Shown here: piece after piece, positions 1-14,100 of the stretch
How positions within the stretch are numbered: the stretch's first letter is position 1
Layout: every line of letters starts with the position of its first letter
Assembly: GCA_004022145.1 (NCBI GenBank)
Contig: RCNU01000001.1
Strand: one strand, 5' to 3'
From: Paecilomyces variotii
Taxonomy: Eukaryota
Length of the DNA: 64,000 nt
Position numbers and translations under genes: made by a program
The notes under the pieces: model-generated
Told to the model about the DNA's origin: nothing
The model's input: the letters and a program-made list of their open reading frames with translations, nothing else
Databases searched by the model: none

Positions 1-3000
1 AACACCTATTTTCGCCCCTCTACAATTTAAAGAACCCAAGGATCACAGGAAAACTGCTGCGGATGGGCACCGCAACGGTGTTTGACCGTAGAAGATCATT
101 TTGGTCTAACGAGAGATGAAGCACTCAATGATACAGATGAAAGGCGATGCTGTCTTGGATGCCTCCAGCTGCATGGAGCAGCACGAGTCATCTGGAGATT
201 CCATCAATTCCCCGGCACTTTTCTTCCCCGCCGTCTGCAGTGTGGGCTGAGATTGGGGGCAGGAAGAAAGGTCTCGAAGTCGACAGAGGCATGTTTGCGG
301 CGCGAGGAGTCTTGGATGCGTCACGGATCGTCCATGCCTATGGTATTTCTATTCCCACCAGCCAACCAGTATGTATAGAATACAGAAAGCGGCAAAACGG
401 CAGAAAACCCGACGTTATTGGTGTTGTTCGCAAGAACCAGTCTGCACCCCTCCAGATTTAGATATGCCGCTGTGCAAAGAAAAAAAGGAGAAATGCCTCC
501 ATGATACCTGCAATGTAATGGTGTGTCACCAGCTACATTTCATTGAACCAGGCATCAAGATTGTCTGTAACTACTCCAGTCGTACTGACTACGCAAGCTG
601 TGAGCCCATGGCCGAAGTGGTCGACGGGGCATGTTGCTGGAACATATCATATTTGCGTATTATACTCATTATGTGAGTTGTGCTGAAATGTGTCTCGAGG
701 ACTTTCGACATCACCCAAATGGCCGGTAGCGAGTCTTCTCCTGGAGCCTTGGGGAATTCTGGAAAGGACATGGCGGAATCGCAAGGGGTTGGCCAGTCAC
801 CGATCGCGTTCTTGTCCTGGAACCGAAGTGGCAATAATTATAATAATGAGGTTGGTCTCCCACAGCGACTTGTCCGTAATAATACTAACTCTGCCTCGTG
901 GCATCAAGTGGGCGCTTGATCAAATTGTGGTGGACCAGAAGAGGCGCGCAGCAAGGTTCACAGCCATGCTGGACAAACCGCACGTCTAGACGCTGTTGCT
1001 GGTGGCAACCTTCGAGTCCATTCCAATGCGCAAGGCATCCTTCAAATCGGATGAGAGTGGATGTGATCCCAGTAGATAACAATACTGTGCTGGCTGTCTC
1101 GGAGCCACAAAGCGATCTTCTGCAAGCCTGACCAACGCCTTGGTAATTATTTCTGTTGCTCATAGGGCTTCAGGGACATGGCGTTTCCACCAGCCATCGA
1201 CCTCAGGTAAGCATCAGACACTTGAATGGAGCATCGTTCTGATAGCCAGTCCTTTTCATCTTCATAAAACGGTGGCTGCGCCTTGCTGATGAACCCGCCT
1301 CCTACTAACCAACCATGAAACTCCGCACGGCGCATCTTATTGATTCTTTAGATAGTGGTCCTCACCTCTCCGCACAGGTGTTTCCCTTATTGGCCTCTGT
1401 CTAAGCTGCTGCTACTCTCGGAAAGTCACACTTTGGTGATGCAGGGTCGGCCTCCCAACCGCGCGTTTTGCTGTGCGATTCTTGGACAAGACAACGCTTG
1501 GGTCAGCAGAGGGATCTTCGCCATGTCAGAGCTTTTGATCCTATCAATCGTGTTTTGCATCTGTGCGCGCCTTAAAAATAACCACGCTCTAGGCCGCAGT
1601 CAATTCTCACACAGCCCTCATTTACACTGGACGGAATAGATGTCTGCCATCGTCAAACTAAAAGTGTGTCAACTGCCGGGTACCGCAATAGTGTACTATC
1701 TGAAGGCCCAAGCGACTGATGTTACTAGAATTCGCAATAAACCGGGTGCCTGGTGCATGTACTCGAGTAGAATATTATTACTACAGCGCTCTGGTGTATA
1801 CGTCTCCATCCATCTCACGAATTGCCGCCTACTGGGCGGCGTCTTTATCCCATCAAGGCAACATACCCGCTTAACTGCGACTGACATCCAAACCAGCCCC
1901 CTCGTTGGATCATCTACCCTTCCTCTTGATCCGCCAGCCCGAGCTATGTGTCACGCAGGAGTACCTGAGGATCTCTTGGGCTACTGTTAGTTAGTACGAT
2001 GTACTGTACAACCCGGTACTAGAAGGCTGTGGTGCAGGAGTCGGTAAAACGACCACGAGGCATTCAATAATGATTCACAAGCAAAGCTTCTCTACCCCTC
2101 CTCCTGCTCCTCCTATTAACCCCCAGCACTAGATACCTCTAGTCACCTGGAAAAGCGCCGAAAGCCCCTCCTCCTCCTCCCTAGCTATGCAGTGAAGAGA
2201 AACTTTCTTTCTCCTTGCTGCCCGACATAAAGAGAAAAAACACCTCATTGATAAAAGAGACGAGAAACAGACCCCGCAGTCACAAAGTGGGATGGTCGAG
2301 GCTGAACTGTATTACTATCACCACTGCTACTCTAGAGTATGTAGATGGTAATCAATGAACTAAAACCCCTCATCGTTTCCGCTTCGGGACGGACCGCCGC
2401 GGCGTATGTTCATCCTAATATTATTCGATGTGATATCTAATCTCCGTCGCGTCGATACGGGATGAATGGTGGATGGATGGATAAAAGAACACCCCCAAAG
2501 AACCCAGCAGCCCCTCCTCCCTTCCTTCGAGAAGTTTATAGTATAGAAGTCAGCCGACCTCGACGCTGACACCCGTCTTTCGGCGGTCATATTACCCCCC
2601 CTCTCCTTTCTCCTTCTCCTTCTCCTTCTTACCCCCAATCTCACTTGGCAAACGGACCTTTTCCGAGACGGAGTTTTCGCCCAATGGTGGTGGAAAGTAA
2701 ACAGATAATAACTAACTAACTCTACCCCGAATGATGACAAAAAGTTCAATAGAGAAGAAGAAGTAGGAAAGACTCGGATGCGAATAACGTCATTCAATCG
2801 AAGCCAGAATGAGAAAAGTAGAAGTTAACTAGGCATTTTCGGGGGAAAGAAATGCCTTCATGTCAGTTGACTCATTTTGTTTTCTTTTATGAAGAAAAAA
2901 AAAATCCATTTCCTCTCCGCCTGGATGTATTACTGGTATTATTTGGTACACCTTGCCTTTTGCTTGACAGATATTGCGTCCAAGAGGATCGGGCTCTGAA

Positions 3001-3554
3001 GATTGTATGTATATACATCATCTCTCCATATAACTATACAACATATATTTTTAGGAAGATAAGCAGCAGCCATAAACCAGTTACTATACCATTATCACAC
3101 AATAGAGAATTATATTCTGACATAGCCCGCATAGCATCCGCGAACAGATCGAATTTCAAGATACATACATAGTAACATACATACATACTAGCCACCATAC
3201 ACTCTAACTACCTACTATATGTATAAGGAAGTGTCAGCACTCCCAAGCAATCAGTAGTTACTAACTAACTACATAGTAGTATTGATAAACTATTAATACT
3301 AAGTTAGTATCGAATCATCGACGACTAATTTATATACTATAGAATTTGATAAATCATCCTCTGTAGTCTTCCTCTAGTCCTACGGAATAGACAACCTTTG
3401 GTAAAGCAGATAACTCTGTGCTTTCTTCAGTAAGTAGTTCGATTGAAGGTACTTTTGTGCTTTTACATGATATGGATGTATGCGTGCATGGCTGTCCTCT
3501 CTATGTAACCAAGGAACGATCTATACTCTGATTCAGGGGTTAGGAGATATTATT

Positions 3555-3555
<1 letters not shown>

Positions 3556-3585
<30 letters not shown>
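3556..3585. repeat. (TTG)10 microsatellite
   Basis: Perfect trinucleotide run. Confidence 0.95.
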
Positions 3586-4102
3586 GAAGAAGTCTGGGCA
3601 GGATTGGGATTATACTATATATCCCAAGGTTATCACTTGTTGGATCAGCATCGATACTGATGAGAGCACTTCGATTCCCCGGAATCAGACAGCATATTCA
3701 CCTGCGGTATGCTGGGTCCCGAGTACATCATTTCTACGATGACTGAAAGGATAGAAAATGGAATATCATAGGCTAATTTGTTGATTTTGGTTCGATACAC
3801 CCAGCATCAAAGTTGGATCTTCCGTAAATGATTCTAATAAACAGTCAAGGCCTGTATCAAACTCCCAGTAAACCGCCCGCTGAGACCATTTCATTCCCGC
3901 ATTACACCCGAGCAAAACTAGACAAATACATCATTAAAAGAGGCGGCCCCTTTGCCTCTTCTTTTCCCTTTTCGTTGGTGTACATGTTTCTCCCAAGACA
4001 TCGACGACGATAAGAGCAAAATGGGACGGAAAGTTTCCTTCCAGTCCGGTTTATCATACACCCCCCATAGCCTATAGTTCCCGTTGCTTTTCTGTTAATT
4101 GC

Positions 4103-5933
4103 TCACGGGAACCAGGCATAACTCTTCAAGGGTCTGGTTCGGGCTCCATCGACTGCTTCGCTGCGCCATTTGGACTTCCACTCCCATTCGCGTGTGGCAC
4201 TGTCGACAAGTGCCTCCTTACATTCGGGAGGCAATTCAGCCAGTACATCTGCACCGACGAATTCAGGGTGCAGCGGGTCTGCAATGCTGATGAGCCCGTT
4301 GGAACCGAGATCGTGCACGTCACCGTCGGGACCAGGAATGCCAAGGTTGGAGTAGGGGGCACTTTCGTAGTGGATGTCGTGGATGGCAAGATGACGGGAG
4401 AAGGCAGCAGGTACAGGCGCGAAAATCGAATGAGGGTCACTCATGGTCTCTTTCGGAGCTGGCTCCTCAACCTCGTCCGCTTCTGCATTATCCGGGGACT
4501 CATGTCCGCTCGTGCCATTCGTCAGGCGCAGAGTAGACATGCCCTTCATGAGTTTGCTGGTGACCTTCGTGTCAGGTGGTGGCAGACGTTCCCAGCGTGC
4601 GTGCGAGGGCTGCATAATCTTCGGATATTGCATAACATTGGTGTGGACATCGTAAGTTCCTTCGAGGTTCTCCCTGCGTGCGCTAAGGATCGAAGAGTTA
4701 AACCGACTTGAGAATATGTTAGCACAATGATTGAAAACGCGTACATAGGATTCCACTAACCTGGCTTCTCTGGCATGTTCAATCATCCAATTGTCGCCAG
4801 TCACTGTTACCTTTCGCTTCTTAGGATCCACGATCTTGCCACTTGGCATAGGAACTGACGGAGCTCCGGAGTGATAAACGCTACTGGCACCATGCCATGC
4901 CACGTATTGATTCTTATTGTATGGCTCTCCAGGTGGTGGTAGCTTGTCCTCCGGAACGGCGATTTCTCCTTCGACATCCCCACGATCCCTGGCAGCCTGC
5001 GCATGATAGTCATCAATAACCTTTCTACCACCGATGATGATCTTTGCGCCGAATTCTCTGAAAACTGATCGCGCAGTGACCACACCGATAGCTCGTCCTT
5101 TGTAGGAATGAGGAATGATATCTCTCTCGATGAGATCGCGTTTGGCGTCGTCGTCGATGATGATCTTGTAAAGTAGCTTGTGCTTCTGGAAGAAAAGATA
5201 AGAGTCTCGGAAACCGATACAACGCGCCGGTTCCGTGGACAACATATATTGTCGCTCCCCGCGGTTCAGGATCGTGAATGTCCGGACTCTGTATTCTCTG
5301 CCACCTTGGAGATTTCCCATTTTATCCACCTTGGTCTCTCCTTCCGGGTCTTCAGGAAGGGCAACTTCATCATCGATCACGTCCATCATGTTTCCTTCCT
5401 TGTCGATGGGAACCTGGGTGACATGCGACGGTCCTCCTCTGTTTCGAGCCCATCGCCCACCACTGGCAGCAGGCCGTCCTCGCCTTCTCTTGACCGGCGT
5501 GCTGACGTGGATCTGCGGCTTCTCTGCAGAATCATTCTGGACATCCCAATCCGGCGGGCGATTCTTCGGTGGGCGACCTAAACGACGTTTGCGCGGAATC
5601 GCTGATGTTCTGCCGCTACGTTGAGGCGTATTCGACCGCGACGGTTCTGATTCTTTTTCAGGCGTTGCTGCGGCCTCCTCTTCCTGGTCGCCTTCCGCCT
5701 GTGGTTCGACATCAGGATCATCTTCCGCAGTATCCTTGGGTTCTTCAACAGCGCTAGATTCTCTCGATGGAGGAGCATCGGCCATCTCTTCATCTGAAGC
5801 ATCGGGCAGGCTTGGTGGAGCGGTCCCTGTTGTTGGGTTAGCAATTTTCACATCGCATTGGCAATAAAGCTGAGAAACACGGACTCATAGACTGCGCTGC
5901 CGCTTGCGCGGCTGCCCTGAGCTTCCTGACCAT
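4103..5933 (-). CDS. NPL6: RSC/SWI-SNF chromatin remodelling subunit Rsc7/Npl6/Swp82 family
   Basis: Domain motifs GETKVDKMGNLQGGREYRVRTF, ARCIGFRDSYLFF and VVTARSVFREFGA; basic RLGRPPK/RRGRP motifs. Start ATG at 5933 (MVRKLRAAAQ). Introns 5827-5884 and 4707-4760. Confidence 0.9.
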
Positions 5934-6071
5934 GTTGGCGTAGCTCTAGTCGTGGCGCGGGTGAATAGGCGTTGCAACCGCGATTAATCGCATCGCAGCT
6001 GCCCCTTTGCATTCACTTTCTGCCGCTGTCGCGAGTCGCGAAGGTCTGGCGGAAATACTTTTCACCGATTC

Positions 6072-6085
6072 GTGGTCACGTGATA
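6072..6085. promoter_or_regulatory. Extended E-box upstream of NPL6
   Basis: GTGGTCACGTGATA about 140 bp upstream of the ATG. Confidence 0.55.
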
Positions 6086-6395
6086 CAACGATTCATGCAT
6101 TTTGTCTGAACAACAACATATTATTCCCTATTGTCGTAGATTTCTAAATAAAATGGTCCGTAGTTTATTCTTCGGGGTTCATATAACTTAAAAATTGTCG
6201 CATGTTTGTGTTTCAGCTGAAGAGGGGATAGCCAACATTCGAGCTTCAAGGACATAGTTAGAACCCGTCTCACGGAACATGAATGACATACTTGACTAGG
6301 TACAAAACGTATCGGATTTCAGATTTATCCCTTGTAAGGAGAGACGATTTTGTAGTTTTAAAAGCTACTCATCAATACATATGCACCAATAGCAG

Positions 6396-6429
6396 CCTTC
6401 GGTAGCTCGTCACCTTCGGTGGCTCGTCA
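6396..6429. repeat. 17-bp tandem duplication
   Basis: CCTTCGGTAGCTCGTCA followed by CCTTCGGTGGCTCGTCA (one mismatch). Confidence 0.9.
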
Positions 6430-9400
6430 AACAATCGTATAGTATCGCTCTTTGCTTTAGTTTGCAAAATATGACTAGAATCGTCAACTCATTTAAGAGT
6501 GTATCGACGATATGGCTGTTGCATACTTAAGTATTGATACTGTCATACTATATATCGTACAATGTCACACTCGCAAGTCGAACTTGGATCCAGGATGTTT
6601 TCTCTTGAGCGATATCGCTGATTCAAAGATGTCCTGAGAGAATGGGCAAATGTTGGGCCTAGATTATGTTTTATTGATCACAATGTGGCGAGTCCTTCCA
6701 TTAGCCATTAGAGTAGGTATTGATATGGTACCTAGTGACTATTGTACCAACTACACTGACTGACCATACTACTAGTTAGGTCACTGTTTAGCTCTGAACA
6801 TGGACGAGTCTCGCGTGTCCTAAAAGATTCTTCTGGATTTGAGCTCCGTGAGAAAGAAAGAAACATCTAGATAGTCACTTTTCCAGATCTCACTTGTCTA
6901 TTTATTTACCAGTGCAATGTGTCTGGCTATCGACAGGGGACCCGCGTAGGACTTTCGAATTAGAACATACACATAGTGATTGTCCTACCTTGGACGAGTT
7001 GACATCCCTAGACAGGAACTTACCTGAGCAAACTAGCTGTAGTAATATAAATAAATCCCTGACGCTGAGGTGTGGGCTTGAACAAGCCTCCCTTGAGACA
7101 TTACTATTCTTATCCCTGGCAGACAGAGTAATAAGTCTCGAAACCCTAGATATTTTCTAGCTCGTCACAGTTTCCTTGTTATTGTGACACCGGGCAGCTG
7201 ATCGATCTCAACCCTCCATGCAAGATGAGTTAATAATTAATTCTGCTCTACTTTACTCTAGAACCCGCTAATCCTTGTCTTTGCTGTCGGTAACTGATGA
7301 TAATAACGTAGGGCTTTATTTCTCGGATCTCACGCACGCACGGCCTTCCGACAGGATCTTGATTTGTGAGGGATAAGGTCCACTCTATGATATTCACATG
7401 AGATAATTATTGTGATCCATGTGAAGGTATTATTATAGATTGAGAGCTAGGTATTCTCTTCGGCTGTGATGAATTTCCGTTTGAGAAGAATGAATTATTT
7501 TTAACCCCTTGCATGTTACTATAAGAGGGATTCGAACAGAGTAGTTAGTATTACTATATGGCAACAAGCCCGATTAATAATAATATCTCTCGATCACGAT
7601 AGTTAGATGTAGATGATAGATGATAGATGCATCCACGGCACCGGCCTTAACTGTAGCGAGCCTGTGCAGTTGCCCTAACACCGAAGCCCTAGTTAGTTAA
7701 GTTAGTTAACCAGCTTTCGGCTCTCTGATTTAATTAATTCATTTAATTAATTAATTAAATAATCCCTTGGAGCGCAGTGCTCCGACCCCCGTCCGTCCGA
7801 TGTTGCCCGTGCCGGGACGAATGGACGCGCGAAGTGGGCTGAGTGGAACTGTTGGCGCCGGAACTCCAGCGGCAGCTACGTCACAGCTCCTCGCTCCGAC
7901 TTCCTCCAGCCACTCCATAAGAGCCATACTGGCCTGGTCAGCATCACGGCCACTGCGAATGGCTCGGATGCTTTTTTGGATGCTTTTTTCACCTCTGCAC
8001 CTTCTTACAACCAGCGGCTATCTCTCTGCCACCGAGTAGTCACTAAGGCACTCGCTGCATCTTCGTTCTGCAGGTCAACCCAGCTACCAACCGCCAGCAA
8101 AGACTGCCGGTGGACCATCAGCATGCGATTTGACACTGGCGATCTGCTGCCCCCCCCCCTATGGAGCGTCGACAGCACTCACAGCCTCTCAGGCTCTCAG
8201 CCATCCGTAGGCGTCAGCAGTTGCCCTGTTGGTCGACTTTCCCACGTCTCGCCTGAAACAGCCGTCACATGCAGAAGGCTTCAGAAGGGGACTGCATGCA
8301 TGCACGTTGAAATGGACTGGCTGGCTGGCTGGCTGGATGGATGGCGGCGAATTAATATCCTCCATTGAAAATAACATTGTTGAAATGCAGTGGCCAAAAA
8401 AAAAAAAAAAAACGTATAACAATAAACAGAAATGTATACATACTGCATTATTATTTTCACCTCGCGGCGCTTGTTAGGCCCGTTCATACGGGCTCTAGTG
8501 GTCGGGCCTGACCGTGCCAACGTGCCCGCTGATCCTGGGTCAGATCTGAAGGCCTGAGAACCTGCAGCTTGCAGATCGCCCGTAGTCAGCATGGGCCATG
8601 CCTGCAAATGACGTTATGGCAACCCTCCATCTTGACGGGCACCCTGGGCTATCGATGTCAAAACAACAACAGTGATAACCCTTCCATACGACAATGTCTT
8701 CAGGACAGTCAGGATTGACGGTTCAGTATGCCCTTTTCAGGGACAGTGCCCTCGGATCACTTTTCCCACGTTGTTGATAGGCAAGACTGAGAGATTCCAT
8801 GGCCGCACAAGGGCCTTGACCGCGGAGAGTGTGAGATCTAGAACCTCCAGCTATCGCATACTTAACTTAAGCAAAGACGGAGAGGTATGCCGCACACAAC
8901 TGCCAGCAGGACAGTTTTGATCGGACGTCCTCCCCCCTGGAAGATCGGTTTCTCTGGCCTGCACACGATGTGACCAGAATACTGTAGTTGACTAGTGGAT
9001 GTGACGTGCCTTTTCTGACTCGAAATGGCGCCGGAATCCGGAGTACAGTTCAGGTCGCAGACGCATATACATGCTCTGTACCTCGTACGGAAGTATTCTT
9101 GACACCTGTAGACTGCACCGCTGAAATGCGGGGTGTTAGATCGACGCAAGCTTTGACCATGCTGGCCATGTATATTATACTGGTTAGACTTCTTTGACCA
9201 GGTAGGGAAACTTATCGAGCTCCCAGGATAGCCAATGGAAGTATAACAGCACTGGGCTGCTCCCTTTAGCTCCCGAGATTCCAAATTGGTGGTGCCATCG
9301 ACGTTGCCAGGCCAGATCAAAGTCCTGCTTTTTTGATACTGTACTGGTCGCCTCATTTCGCCTATTGGACAACTGCGGGGGTTGGTAAGTAAGTAACTGT

Positions 9401-10912
9401 CCCTAGACTCGAGAGACAAATCGATCCATTGCATACAGACTAGGCTGCAGGGATGTTGATCGACAGACAAAATACTGGTACGACCTCCGTAGCCACATGT
9501 TGGTTGACCCAGAGTCTCCACCCTGCTCTGTACTCTAGTGGATGGTAGAGAGAGGAGGGTGGTGAGAAAGGGAGGGTTGAGAGGGAGTACATAACATAGG
9601 AAATCAAATCATAATAAATAGTCTCTATACCATCTATCGACCGAGGAATGCGTCTGCACGGGAAAAGAAGAAAGCACACGGCTACACGGGATATGCTCGG
9701 GCTCCTAATCATCCAACGGAATTGGCTCATCCAAAACAAAGTTCTCGTTGCCAACACCAGTCCGATAAATGATGATAAAGGGGCCGATAATGACGGTAGC
9801 AGAACGTACCCCCACCCGAGAAGGGCGGAGTACAAACCGTGCTCAGTTACTAATACCCAGTAGTGAATACCATAAGTCAGTAGGAGTTCGTACTTAGGTA
9901 GTTAATGAAATACCTAAGATTTATGAGGAATGAGAGGTAAATAATCAGGAGCAGGACTCGACCCAGCACGACGGTGAGAACAGAAACACTGATACATAAT
10001 AATACATACCATAATTTGACATTATTATTCGACACGAAACACCTGGGAGATTGCAAGACAGCCACCAGTCGTCCGGTTCCCTGGGTGGAAGATGTACAGT
10101 TTGTCGCTTGCTGGTGCTTGGCTACACTACTAGCATCGTTCGCCAGTCCACCAGGACCCCTCCTGTGCGCTGAATCGTGTCCCTTGTCGCTGAAGAAGAA
10201 GAAGAAGCTGTGATCCTCTGGGCTGCGGCGGACACAAGCCCCCTCGGCTGCGCGCTCACTCGTCTACGTTGGCCGTCACCGGCTCCATCGACCAAGTCCA
10301 GTATCTCCACTCGGGCTGCAACTTTCGCCTCTCGCTGATACTTCGGCTCCTCTGAACCTGTCCGTCGAAGCGTTTTTGACAAGTTGACAAGTCGCTCCCG
10401 ATTTCTTGTCTTCTTTTCCTCCTCATACTACTACTCTCCTCCTCTCTGTGTTTCTTTTTTGTTTTGTTTTCGATCTTCTCTCAGTCCGTGCCAAGTACCA
10501 GCACGATTCTGCTCCGCCGTTCGTGTGAGCCGCCGTCCCGCTGTGCCTCAGCCGGCTCCCCCCGAAAGTCGACGCTATCCCCCCCCGTACCAGTGACCTC
10601 CGCGGTGGGCGTCACACTAGTTCCCTATCATTAACCAACTGCCCGCCAGCACGGGAACAACCATCAATCATCACATCACCGTCTTCTATCTGCCTTCAGG
10701 ATCACGGCTATTGAAGGTATCTCCCTCCCGGACTCGTTGTCCTGCTTGTATTCGTGGTTTGGAGAGCGACCTGTCCTTCCCGTCTAGTGCGCGGACCAGC
10801 ATCGGTACCCGAATCCACCGCTGGTCGAGAACCCAGACCCGGAGCCGACAGTGGCCGTGCTTTATCCTTGTGGGAGCACAGTTATCGCGCAAAACTTCTG
10901 GATCTCTTTCTC

Positions 10913-10962
10913 CATCATCTTCATCATCATCATCACACATCATCAACATCAACAACAACAAC
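10913..10962. repeat. Compound (CAT)n/(CAA)n microsatellite upstream of sch9
   Basis: Imperfect CAT run grading into a CAA run. Confidence 0.85.
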
Positions 10963-11132
10963 GAAAGGCCTCAACACACGGCCTTGCCGCTGCGAGATCT
11001 GCTGCTACAGACATCCCCGCCATCTCTTCACAACCCCGGTGCAGGCATCTGGAGGACCGTACTGTGCTGAGAAGGGTATTGCGGACAGAAGGCCATTGAA
11101 CTTTTTGGAGGAACGTTAATGGGAAAGCGGCC

Positions 11133-14100
11133 ATGGCGGCACCAACCGGAGTGAGCCCACATGTCCCTGCGGACATGACGAGGCAAGGGTCGCATCTGAA
11201 GTGAGTTAAGACTCTTTTCTCTCTTCCATTGCTGGCATGTCGTGACAATACCGATTTTACCCGATTTGGCCATCACTGCTGCAGTTGCTTCAAAACACTA
11301 TGAGCCTTCTATCTTTTTTCTTTCTTTTTTTTTTTCCAGTTTGGGCTCGCTGTGAAGCCCAAAGTCTTTGCTGCTCGACCCAGCGGCTATCTGCTGCACT
11401 GTGGTTGGTGTAGAGCTGTCAACATGCAAAAATAGCCTTGGCGCATTTACAGCACGCCTGTGACGTTCTTGTCGCGTGGATCGTCAGCTGGCTTAACGGG
11501 TTCCCGACCGATCTTCCCTGCAGGCTGCCCCAATCACTTTATATCATCACCTGGGGTTTTGAGACATCTGGATTGCAGCTCCCTCTCCTCTTCTTATTCA
11601 GGATCTTGCATTGTCATGAATTTCATCTGTGCTAACCGGTCCTGCAGCACGGGTGTGCAGGATGATGATAGCCAAGATCAAATTGGTTCCAGCGGCTCGC
11701 CGTCTCCTGGGGTCTCGACGCCTCAACCTGATCCCTCAGACAAGCGTCAGCCGTCGATAATGCACACATATCTTTCACAGGTTGGTGGCTCCTCAGGTTA
11801 CACACCCAGTACTCGCAAAGCACGCTCTTCAATTTCCTTGACCCCAGCGTCTGTGGAGAGTATTCAGTTGAATGCGCAGATTGCGCAGATGGTGCAGCGG
11901 AAGGAGGGCGAGATCGTTGGCGAGAATTCCTTACCATCAGTTCCGCCTGTCATGGCAGAGCGTGACCAGCTCTCTGATGCGAAGTCATCAGCTCTGCCAG
12001 ACGGTAGACAGCAGCAGCAGCCTGCAAAAGAGGAACCGCCAGAGATTTCACGCCCTACTTCGCTGCCTACCCCCCCACTTTCATCCTCCTGTTCATTTCT
12101 ACAGAGAGATCAGGAAGATGCAGAAGGTTGTGCCTCTAGTCCGGATAAGGGGTTGAGTTCCGTTTATTCCACTCTCAAGGGCTATCTCTCTTCTTCAAAT
12201 GGATCTCCTGAACCCCAGTCACGAGGACCTACATGTCAACCTGTGTCGAGCGTCTCGGACGATCCAGTCCTTGGAACCCGCTTTGCCAACCCGTCCCCTC
12301 CTGACCCATCAGAGCTAGACACGGACGTACCCCTGCTCGAGCATGAAAGGCCACACGTTTCAAAATCTTTTGAGAATCCTGAGAACCATGCCAAGCTAAC
12401 TGAGAACGCGGCTAATGAGTCGCGTCTGAAGAATACCCCCCCACTTACGCCGAGGGCAATGTCAAATGAGCACGGACAGTCGGAGGAGGAAAAGGCCGAG
12501 GAATCGACTTCGGATCCATCACATCCATCCGGTCAACAGGCGGCGGACACAACAGACCCCTCGGAGGAATTGACGGAAAAGCTCAACGATGCGTTTCCCA
12601 CTCCCGAGTCGGCTTCTCAGGAAGAAGGGCCTCCTGTCGGCTCCATCAAAGGAAAACTTCACGTGAAGATAGCAGAGGCGAGAGGCCTTCGACCTAGCAC
12701 CGATCCCTACGTTGTTTGCGTGTTCGAGTGGAATGAATACATCTCGAAAGGTGCTCAGAGTCCGGACGATGAAGAAGCGAAGAAGGAAGCAGAACATGAT
12801 GCCGGGCGGCCTATGGCGATCCCGATGAAGAGTCGACAGAGCAGCAACAACAGTTCGCTGGACAGCCACGACCACAGAGGCAAGACACAAGTGACGGACC
12901 CACGGTGGAATCACGAGGCTGTCTTGTATGTTCCATTTCACTCTTACCCTCTCGCGGAAAAGTTATTTACTAACGACTGGCGTAGTGATGTGCTCGGTGA
13001 ACAGTCAGAGATCGATGTCTGTGTTTATGATCGCTATAATCAGGAGGCGTTTCTGGGCCATGTTCGTCTGAGCCTTGACTTAAAGGAAGACAAGAGCCGG
13101 CTCGAAGGATGGTTCCCTCTGGTCGTTCGTGCAGCAGGCAATACGCATACCAGTGGAGAAATCCACCTGGAGATGCGCTTCGAGAAGACGGAAAGGAAAA
13201 GTGTCGGCCCCAATGACTTCCAGATCCTCAAGCTCATCGGCAAAGGTACATTCGGTCAGGTGTATCAAGTCATGAAGAAGGACACCAAACGGATTTACGC
13301 TATGAAGGTTCTGTCGAAGAAGGTCATCATCCAGAAGAAGGAGGTCGCTCATACTTTGGGTGAGCGGAACATTCTTGTCAGGACTGCCATGGCCGCATCG
13401 CCCTTCATCGTCGGGCTTAAGTTCTCTTTCCAGACGCCTACAGATCTCTATCTCGTCACGGACTACATGTCCGGCGGTGAGCTCTTCTGGCACTTGCAAA
13501 AGGAGGGCCGCTTTGCTGAGCCTCGTGCAAAGTTCTACATTGCGGAACTGATTCTGGCATTGCAGCACCTTCACCAGCATGACATCGTGTATCGTGATCT
13601 GAAGCCAGAGAACATCTTACTCGATGCTAACGGGCACATCGCACTCTGCGATTTTGGTCTATCAAAGGCGAATCTTACAAAGAACGACACCACCAACACA
13701 TTCTGCGGCACGACGGAGTATCTTGCGCCGGAAGTATTGCTGGACGAGCAAGGTTACACCAAGATGGTTGATTTCTGGTCCCTTGGTGTACTCGTTTTCG
13801 AGATGTGTTGCGGTTGGAGCCCTTTCTACGCTGAAGACACTCAGCAGATGTACAAGAACATCGCCTTCGGCAAGGTCCGGTTCCCCCGCGATGCCCTCAG
13901 CGCCGAGGGAAGGAACTTTGTCAAGGGTCTCCTCAACCGGAACCCCAAGCATAGACTCGGTGCCAAGGATGATGCAAAGGAGCTCATGGCGCATCCATTC
14001 TTCCACGACGTCGACTGGGAGGCTTTGAACCGGAAGGACGTCGTCCCTCCGTTCAAACCGAAGTTGAAGTCTGATACCGATACCTCCAACTTCGACCCAG

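Noticed and set aside
8862..9521. 219-aa minus-strand ORF in the intergenic region
   Set aside because: No recognisable motif or coding-like composition; likely a chance ORF.
11460..11647. N-terminal extension of the 987-aa Sch9 ORF
   Set aside because: It starts at a non-ATG codon inside intron 1. Exon 1 at 11133-11200 splices in frame.
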